Positions 9,948 through 16,754 of a stretch of DNA of 32,000 bases are shown here, piece by piece. The stretch is taken from assembly GCF_000014265.1 (NCBI RefSeq), contig NC_008312.1, positions 3,180,001 through 3,212,000 of the forward strand, written 5' to 3'. Below the pieces are notes generated by a model. That model searched no databases, was not told the DNA's origin, and worked only from the letters and a program-made list of their open reading frames with translations. Each line of letters opens with the position of its first letter. Position 1 is the stretch's first letter. The position numbers and the translations under genes are program-made. This DNA is from Trichodesmium erythraeum IMS101. Lineage in GTDB: Bacteria > Cyanobacteriota > Cyanobacteriia > Cyanobacteriales > Microcoleaceae.

Positions 9948-10332
9948 CTGATGATTAGAGGGTATGAACGAGTATTGCCCTGCGTAATAGAACACATTGT
10001 TGGTAAAAACCATTGCCCTGCAATTGGAACGCACAAATGGAATTATCAAACAGTAGCTCGGTCGATGGCATCGCCAACAGAATAAATTTGGCAAGCTCTG
10101 GCAACAAGCTGAGGTAACAGTAAGGTTGGTGAGGGTATACTTTAATGGATTTTGGTTCATAGTTGCAAAGAAAATACTGCTGCTCCAAGAGCTGAGGAAC
10201 GCGATCGCTCCCTGAAGTGGGAACGACTTAATTACTTATCCCACACTTTACTGACAGACTACCAAGAAAACCAGGGAGGATGACTTAAAGGAAATAGGCG
10301 TGAAATTGAGTGCTGATGAAAAGAGGCTCTTA

Positions 10333-11082
10333 GGTGTTGATGAATTAGGGTATGATTTGAGTTAATAGCGATCGCTGTGAATATCTATAAGGAACTGGAA
10401 CGTCCCAAAATTGATATTTAATGAATCAGTAAGTGAATTGAATGCTTTAACTTCACGTTAGATTTTGAGTAGCAAAGAGTCCTTCGATGTCATCTGGCAA
10501 AATAGTGCTGAAGTCTAGTATTTTCTCCAACTACAATGGTCATATAAGTTTTGCTGATAATTTTATCCCCATCATTAATAGGCCTTGGCATATACTTTCC
10601 ATCCATCTGTAACTTAAAGGAGGACATTCCCATTTTTAACTTGTTCCCATAAAGGATAAAATGCTTTTCCACTAGGATTTCCAATAACCCATTCTAAAAT
10701 TCCTTTTTTAAAATGATTTAGTGCAGTTCATACCCAAATTGGGTTTTTTTGAGCCTAATTATGTCTATAATTTTTCTAGCTCTCCTACTTGAGGAGTTTT
10801 TTGAGGAGAGTAAGAACATGGTAATAGTTTTCCTACTTATTTAATTGAGTTGATAATTGTTTTTATTTAAGCATTTATCTGTGAGTTTATCACTATAACC
10901 TCTATAAGTTTCATCGCAATAAATAAATTGACGACCACAATAAACACAGATGTAGTTTTGCTTTCCTTTTTTTTGGCCATTTTTATTGATGTGAGTTGAT
11001 TGACATTCTGGACATTCTATAATTTTTCTGCCTAAGAGCGCGATCGCTATGAACTCAAATCATACCTTAATTTACCAACGCC
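10333..11082. mobile_element. Internally deleted IS1-family element with about 43-bp terminal inverted repeats
   Basis: Left end 10333-10375 is ggtgttgatgaattagggtatgatttgagttaatagcgatcgc. The reverse complement of right end 11040-11082 is ggcgttggtaaattaaggtatgatttgagttcatagcgatcgc. They match at 38/43 overall and 31/33 over the inner part. Inside, on the minus strand, are an InsA-like zinc-finger N-terminus (IIECPECQSTHINKNGQKKGKQNYICVYCGRQF) and an InsB-like C-terminus (TYMTIVVGENTRLQHYFARWHRRTLCYSKS...KHSIHLLIHYI), with the middle missing. Confidence 0.7.
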
Positions 11083-11150
11083 GGATTTTTAATATTGCTC
11101 AGAAAAGAAGATTATTGAGAGAATAATTAAAAGAGTAAAACTTCGTATTT

Positions 11151-11852
11151 ATGAAAATTATATCTATCATAATCTCACTACTATTGGCTTCATTAATAAT
11201 TCTTCCTGCACACAGTGAAACTTTAACAGGGAAAATCACAAAAATAATTGATGGAGATACAGTAATCGTTGATAATCAAGGACAAAGGCTAAAAGTTCGC
11301 TTGGCCTGTATCGATGCAATGGAATCTAAGGCCCCAATGGGAAAACAATCAACCAAGTTCTTACAAAAACTAATCCCTGTGGGTACTCAAGTCACATTAA
11401 ATGTTGTTGATACTGATCGTTATAAAAGACTTATAGCAGAAATATATAAAGGGAATAATTTAGTCAATCTCCAGCTAGTACAAGAAGGAAAAGTTGTAGT
11501 TTATCAAAAATATCTCAACAATTGCCCAAATAATTCCCAAAAACTACTGGATGCTGAAGCACAAGCAAAAGCCAAAAAAATAGGATTCTGGGGACTACCT
11601 GTGAGCGAACAAATATATCCTTGGGACTGGCGACGAGGCAAACGTATAACTCAGCTTCAACCCAATCAAGATTCAACTATGAATCTTCCGTCTAGTTCTA
11701 ATTTACCAGCTTGTGTAAAAAGTGATTGTAACTGCTCAGATTTTTCGACTCAAGCAGAAGCACAGGAAGTTTTTCAGGCCTTTTCTAATGACAGATTCAA
11801 GCTTGATCGTGATAATGATGGTGTGGCTTGTGAATTATTACCTAATATCTAA
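11151..11852 (+). CDS. Secreted thermonuclease (SNase-like) with C-terminal Excalibur calcium-binding domain
   Basis: There is a signal peptide, MKIISIIISLLLASLIILPAHS. The SNase pattern is present as IIDGDTVIV...KVRLACIDAMES...DRYKRLIAEIY...NLQLVQEGKVVVY...AEAQAKAKKIGFWG. The C-terminal CNCSDFSTQAEAQEVF...DRDNDGVACE is the Excalibur DxDxDGxxCE motif. Confidence 0.9.
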   Translation: MKIISIIISLLLASLIILPAHSETLTGKITKIIDGDTVIVDNQGQRLKVRLACIDAMESKAPMGKQSTKFLQKLIPVGTQVTLNVVDTDRYKRLIAEIYKGNNLVNLQLVQEGKVVVYQKYLNNCPNNSQKLLDAEAQAKAKKIGFWGLPVSEQIYPWDWRRGKRITQLQPNQDSTMNLPSSSNLPACVKSDCNCSDFSTQAEAQEVFQAFSNDRFKLDRDNDGVACELLPNI

Positions 11853-11874
11853 TTTTAAATAATATTAGTTGTTC

Positions 11875-12063
11875 TCACAACAGCAAATAACTTTTAACAA
11901 AAAAAATAGCCAGTGTAATATTTATTTTCACACTGACTGTTTTATTCCCTAACAGATCATCTTGACCTGTACCTCCAAATATTAAGTCATTTACAGATGA
12001 ACCGCTAATAGTATTATCACCACTAAGAGCTAATATTCCCCCAGGAAAAGAATTAACTTCTTC
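11875..12063 (-). pseudogene. Fragment of an RTX-type (hemolysin-type calcium-binding repeat) protein
   Basis: Minus-strand hand translation gives ...LSGDNTISGSSVNDLIFGGTGQDDLLGNK..., a GGxGxD-type nonapeptide. There is no start codon or upstream domain. Confidence 0.35.
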
Positions 12064-12186
12064 TAAGTACAGGACAAAAATTTTAAATCCCTATAATAAA
12101 TCCCTATAAAAATCAGCTATTTTGCTAGGTATATCAAAGAATATATTACGCCAAAAATCTAGGCCATAGGGAAAAAACTTTGGGCC

Positions 12187-12500
12187 TTATGTTTTTACCA
12201 CAGAACGATGCTCATCTAACCAAACACCTACTCGGTATGCCCAACATATTGTCAAGGTTAATAAAAACATCATTTTAGTTAGACGTTCTGGTTAAGTTAT
12301 ATGAGTAGACTCAAAGTCAAAATCTTTAATTATAAAGCAACCAAACAACCTTTCAATAATCTTGAATCCCATTTGCCCCTGGCCGGGCCCTAACTACAAT
12401 TAACAGTTCTCTTGATTCCAACTTTAAAGCTGATACATACATCCACATTCCCCAAATACGAGGGCCTTTAAATAAACTTCTAATTTCACCAATGGTGAAA
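12187..12500 (-). pseudogene. IS4-family transposase C-terminal remnant
   Basis: Minus-strand hand translation gives GFKIIERLFGCFIIKDFDFESTHIT stop PERLTKMMFLLTLTICWAYRVGVWLDEHRSVVKT stop. This matches the (RW)xIExLFGxLKxxGFxLExTH...PERL...L(T/A)L..W tail of IS4-type transposases, with an in-frame stop. Confidence 0.5.
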
Positions 12501-12745
12501 TTGCTGAAAAATCACGAAAAAGGCAAATATTGGCCTCCAACACCAATTAAGTCTGTGTGAAAAATCCTGATAGAAAACCCCCTATTAGCAGAAAGATATT
12601 TCAACCATTATTTGCCCACAAATTCTCTATCTGCAGTTAGATATCCTACTCTTTGGTAACCTAACAAGGAAGCAAACTTCTGCTTTTTTTATACTGAATT
12701 ACTTCAACATATCTGGACTTTTGGAAAAAAGTAAAATATATTTAT

Positions 12746-12763
12746 CTCTATTCTAGAATAGAG
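12746..12763. promoter_or_regulatory. Perfect 18-bp palindrome CTCTATTCTAGAATAGAG upstream of the symporter gene (candidate operator)
   Basis: Read directly: ctctattct is the reverse complement of agaatagag. It lies about 150-195 bp upstream of the candidate symporter start codons. Confidence 0.35.
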
Positions 12764-12909
12764 GAGGTTGTATCTAAGTGTATCCCCAGATCACCTCTAA
12801 GTCAGCTTTATATTGAGCAAAAAATTCTTAATTCTTTTGCCAGCACCGAATTTTGTAGGAAACACCAGCACTATTTTAGATGAAATAATCTACTATTGGG
12901 CTGATACTC

Positions 12910-14634
12910 TTGGCAATTTTAACCCATATAACTACTCTTATGATGAATACAGAAGTTTGGACATTTATTTTTGTGACAATTTCCTTGATGTTGTACCTCT
13001 ACATTGGATGGCGATCGCGAGTCCAAGATAGTAAAGGTTTTTTTGTTGCAGATCAAGGTGTGCCTGCAATTGCTAATGGTGCTGCTACTGCAGCGGACTT
13101 TATGTCGGCAATTTCATTTATTTCTATAGCAGGGGCAGTATCAATTTTAGGTTCTGATGGTTCTTATTATGTAGCAGCAGGAAGTGGAGGTTATGTACTC
13201 TTGGGACTGCTGCTGGCTCCATATCTGCGAAAGTTTGGTAAATATACTTTACCAGATTTTATAGGCGATCGCTACTACTCTAATGTTGCTCGTATTATTG
13301 CAGTTATTGCTGCCCTCATTATATCTATAACTTTTATTGTCGGGCAAATGCGAGGTGTTGGTATTGTCTTCAGTAGATTTTTGCAAGTCCCTATTGAAGT
13401 TGGTGTTGTTATCGGCATGGTTATAGTTGCCTTCTTTGCCATCTTAGGAGGAATGAAGGGCATTACTTGGACTCAGGTTGCTCAATATTTTATACTTATT
13501 GTTGCTTATTTGATACCAGCTATTGCTCTTGCTAATACTCTGACAAATATTCCGGTTCCACAGTTAGCTTTTACCTTTAGTGATATTGCAGAAAAATTGA
13601 ATCAAGTTCAGGTTGACTTGGGTTTTCCGGAATATACTGCTGCTTTCACTCAAAAAACTATGCTAGATGTTCTATTTATAACTATTTCTGGCATGGTTGG
13701 TCTTGCTAGTTTACCCCACGTTATTGTTCGTTTCTATACTGTACCTAATTTGACAGCAGCTAGATATTCTGTAGGTTGGGCGTTGTTGTTTATTGCTGTT
13801 TTTGCTACAACTGTTCCGGCTTTAGCTGTTTCTGCCCGATACAATTTAATTGATACTTTACACAATACAACTATAGAGGAGGTGCAAAATTTAGACTGGG
13901 CAACAAAGTGGGAAAATACGGGTTTGTTAGAATTCAGGGATAAAAATAATGATGGTCGTTTGCAATTAACTCCAGATATGGAGACTAATGAAATCATTAT
14001 TGACCCCGATATTATTACTCTCTCTACTCCAGAAGTGGCTCAACTTCCTCCTTGGGTAATTGCTTTGGTGGCAGCAGGAGGAGTCGCTGCTGCTTTGTCT
14101 ACGGCATCGGGTTTGTTGTTGGTAATTTCTAGTGCTATTGCTCACGATATTTATTACCGTTTAATTAACCCAGAGGCGTCAGAGTCACAAAGGTTAATGT
14201 TGGGGAGAATAATGGTGGTATTGGCGATCGCTATTGCTGGTTATTTCGGCATTAACCCCCCCGGTTTTGTAATTGAGATAGCAACTTTGGGAGTTGGTGT
14301 CGCTGCTGGTACTTTTTTTCCAGCAATTATTTTGGGAATTTTTGATCGGCGCACTAACCGAGAAGGGGCGATCAGTGGTATGATATTTGGTTTGGTGTTT
14401 ACAACTATTTATATCATAGGTACCAGGTTTGCGGGAATGCCAACATGGTTTTTTGGGATATCTGATCAGGGTATCGGTACAGTAGGAATGTTGTTGAATT
14501 TTGTTGTGAGTTTGGTAGTGTCTCGGATGACAAGTCCTCCACCTTTGGAAATACAAAAGATAGTGGAAGATTTACGATCGCCTTTGGCTGCACCTGCTCC
14601 TCTTCAGGATATTGGAGAAGAACAGTTAGATTAA
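12910..14634 (+). CDS. Sodium:solute symporter family protein (cation/acetate symporter ActP-like)
   Basis: The 574-aa polytopic ORF has SSF-type segments: GFFVADQGVPAIANGAATAADFMSAISFISIAG, LPDFIGDRY and GMKGITWTQVAQY. The track start at 12910 is a TTG. ATG codons at 12940/12943 (MMNTEVWTF...) are more likely starts. Confidence 0.9.
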   Translation: MAILTHITTLMMNTEVWTFIFVTISLMLYLYIGWRSRVQDSKGFFVADQGVPAIANGAATAADFMSAISFISIAGAVSILGSDGSYYVAAGSGGYVLLGLLLAPYLRKFGKYTLPDFIGDRYYSNVARIIAVIAALIISITFIVGQMRGVGIVFSRFLQVPIEVGVVIGMVIVAFFAILGGMKGITWTQVAQYFILIVAYLIPAIALANTLTNIPVPQLAFTFSDIAEKLNQVQVDLGFPEYTAAFTQKTMLDVLFITISGMVGLASLPHVIVRFYTVPNLTAARYSVGWALLFIAVFATTVPALAVSARYNLIDTLHNTTIEEVQNLDWATKWENTGLLEFRDKNNDGRLQLTPDMETNEIIIDPDIITLSTPEVAQLPPWVIALVAAGGVAAALSTASGLLLVISSAIAHDIYYRLINPEASESQRLMLGRIMVVLAIAIAGYFGINPPGFVIEIATLGVGVAAGTFFPAIILGIFDRRTNREGAISGMIFGLVFTTIYIIGTRFAGMPTWFFGISDQGIGTVGMLLNFVVSLVVSRMTSPPPLEIQKIVEDLRSPLAAPAPLQDIGEEQLD

Positions 14635-14731
14635 TTGCTATTGTATAATCTATATATGACAGAATTTACCCATAAAGACTTTATCTAATAGGGGTGTTTA
14701 TGTTCTGGGGCATTCGCGACTTTTCAACCAT

Positions 14732-14790
14732 ACATAAAAACTGTGTATAATTTTATTTAGTATATAAAAATTGTATATAATTTTATGTGG
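14732..14790 (+). promoter_or_regulatory. Tandem about 30-bp direct repeat, each unit containing a TATAAT hexamer, upstream of the COP23 gene
   Basis: acataaaaactgtgtataattttatttag (14732-14760) is followed by atataaaaattgtatataattttatgtgg (14762-14790). A third ...gaatataat... lies at about 14814-14822. A Shine-Dalgarno-like aaaggag lies at about 14844-14850. Confidence 0.4.
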
Positions 14791-14857
14791 CTGTGTAAGT
14801 TCTGCATGAATTTTTGAATATAATTACTATGTTCTTATTAGCAAAGGAGCAGCATAT

Positions 14858-15511
14858 ATGAATTTTAAATTCATCAAACAATGGTTGACTATTGGTTGCT
14901 TTAGTTTAGCTGTAATTTCTGGCCTAACTCAGCATACTCAGGCACAACAAAGTCGACGTAGGGCTAGTTTTTTCTGTGGTACTGAAGGGGGTCAACCTGC
15001 TACTATTGCGCGACTGCCAGAGAAGGATGGCAATACTCCTTTAAAAACTTTAATTATTTGGAAAATTGATGACTTTAAAGGGTATCCTCCTGAAAAACGT
15101 TGTCGTCTCGTTTCTCAGAAATTTCAAGATAATCAAAATACGGGTCATTTGAACTATATTGTTTCTGGTCAAGCAAATGGTTGGCCAGTATTATGTGCTT
15201 CTAAACAGAACTATGATTATATTGTAGATTGTCCTGACCCTAATGTTTTGATGACTCTTTTACCGGGGGATGACTCCCAAGACATGATTAGAAAACTGGA
15301 AAAACTAAACAGGGGTCGTTCAAATGCACCCCTGGAACATTTACCAGATGAAGTATTAGTTCGTAGTGGAAATTTAGACTCAATTAATATTAATAAATGG
15401 ATAAATAATTCTCCACTACATGGGAATAACTCCCAAGAAATTATCAGAAAAGTTGAAGAACCAAAGACTGATATTGAAGAATCTAATCAATGTATTTGGG
15501 GATGCGAATAA
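14858..15511 (+). CDS. COP23 (circadian oscillating protein 23) domain protein, secreted
   Basis: There is a signal peptide, MNFKFIKQWLTIGCFSLAVISGLTQHTQA. The COP23-type pattern follows: FFCGTEGGQPATIA...LIIWKIDDFKGYPPEKRCRLVSQKFQ...LNYIVSGQANGWPVLC...CPDPNVLMTL. Confidence 0.8.
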   Translation: MNFKFIKQWLTIGCFSLAVISGLTQHTQAQQSRRRASFFCGTEGGQPATIARLPEKDGNTPLKTLIIWKIDDFKGYPPEKRCRLVSQKFQDNQNTGHLNYIVSGQANGWPVLCASKQNYDYIVDCPDPNVLMTLLPGDDSQDMIRKLEKLNRGRSNAPLEHLPDEVLVRSGNLDSININKWINNSPLHGNNSQEIIRKVEEPKTDIEESNQCIWGCE

Positions 15512-15520
15512 TTATTCTTT

Positions 15521-15808
15521 GTAGTTGGGCTTTAGCTCCTCAAATATTAACTTTTGAACTGAAGCTTAACTACAAGCCTAATGCTCTGAAAAATTCTCCA
15601 AATATTTGGCAATAGGAATATTTATTTGAATAAGTTAATCAATTTTTTTAGTAGGGCTTTAGCTCCTCAAATCTTAACTTTTGAACTGAGGCTCAACTAC
15701 AAGGCAAATGTTCGGAAAAATTCTCCAAATCTTGGGGAATAGGAATGTTTATTTGTATTTGGGCTTCAGCTCTCAAATATTTGCTTTTAGGTTAAAGCTG
15801 AACTACGA
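15521..15808. repeat. About 2.4 tandem copies of a 107-130-bp unit, each starting with a long imperfect hairpin
   Basis: Unit starts are near 15521, 15651 and 15757. An example hairpin pairs gtagttgggctttagctc (15521-15538) with gaactgaagcttaactac (15557-15574). The motif aaaaattctccaaat(a/c)ttgg(c/g)(a/g)aataggaat(a/g)tttatttg is shared by units 1 and 2. Confidence 0.8.
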
Positions 15809-15810
15809 AT

Positions 15811-16662
15811 TTGATTAAAGGAGTCTACCATTTAATGAAACTCAATTTTTCATTCAAAAGAATTAGCATCTTGAGTCTATTTCTGACAAGTTTATTTTGG
15901 TCTGATTTAGAGCTAGCGATCGCTCCTTCTCATCATCCTATTTTACCTGAAAAAATAGTTGAAAAACAACTTTGCCAAACTGCTGCTAAATTTACTGTGA
16001 AAATTATTTCTGGTGAGGGTTGGGGAACGGGAATTTTAGTGCAGAAACAGGAGAATATTTATACTCTGGTAACTAATGATCATGTTTTGAGAGATAAGAC
16101 TGAAAATTTTGTTGTGGAAACTGAGGATGGTGAAAAACATCAAGCAAGTTTATTGGTGAGTTTTCATCATAATCAAACCACAGGTAATGATTTGGCTATT
16201 TTACAGTTTAATAGTCTGAAAAATTATCCAATTGTTAGTTTGGCAAAGTGGCAAAAGGAAGAACGAGTAATGGCTGTTGGTTTTCCTATAGATGTTAATG
16301 TTACTAGTTCTAAAAAGGGCGGTTTAACTTGTACTAAATTGGGTGAAGTTTCTAAATATTTGGCAAGACCAATGCGATCGGGATATCAGATTGGATATAA
16401 GTTAACTGTTTTTAATGGTATGAGTGGGGGACCTTTATTAAATAATCATGGTCAGTTAGTCGGAATTATTGGTATGGGGGAGCCAATTATTTTTGTTAAT
16501 CCTGATATTTATCTATATAAAGATGGTTCCCGGGTGACTGAATCTTTGGATATTTCTTCCGAGAAGGCTTTGGATTTTTTATCTAGTTTAAGTTGGGCAA
16601 TTCCATCAGAAACTTTGGTTTATTTATCTCCTTCTGGATTAGGTTTGAATTTTGAATTTTGA
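15811..16662 (+). CDS. Secreted trypsin-like (S1/chymotrypsin-fold) serine peptidase
   Basis: The catalytic triad contexts are TNDHVL (His), GNDLAILQF (Asp) and GMSGGPLLNNHGQLVGI (Ser). There is an N-terminal signal-like segment. The track start is a TTG. The ATG at 15835 (MKLNFSF...), preceded by aaaggag, is the more likely start. Confidence 0.85.
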   Translation: MIKGVYHLMKLNFSFKRISILSLFLTSLFWSDLELAIAPSHHPILPEKIVEKQLCQTAAKFTVKIISGEGWGTGILVQKQENIYTLVTNDHVLRDKTENFVVETEDGEKHQASLLVSFHHNQTTGNDLAILQFNSLKNYPIVSLAKWQKEERVMAVGFPIDVNVTSSKKGGLTCTKLGEVSKYLARPMRSGYQIGYKLTVFNGMSGGPLLNNHGQLVGIIGMGEPIIFVNPDIYLYKDGSRVTESLDISSEKALDFLSSLSWAIPSETLVYLSPSGLGLNFEF

Positions 16663-16754
16663 ATATGGTTTTTACGATTTACTCTGTACATTATTTGCCC
16701 AAAATGTGCTATGTATAATTGTAATTCCTCTGGTGGTAGTAATATATAATTCTT

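Noticed and set aside
9927-10188. Two overlapping 77-aa minus-strand ORFs.
   Set aside because: They overlap each other in different frames within a degraded region and have no recognisable motifs. They are most likely chance ORFs or scrambled pseudogene remains.
12813-13031. 72-aa ORF upstream of and overlapping the symporter, as a possible small DUF4212-like subunit.
   Set aside because: It starts at TTG, is not hydrophobic, overlaps the symporter N-terminus in another frame, and has no recognisable motif.
15521-15808. CRISPR array.
   Set aside because: The repeat units are 107-130 bp and contiguous, with no short conserved repeats alternating with unique spacers. No cas genes are nearby.
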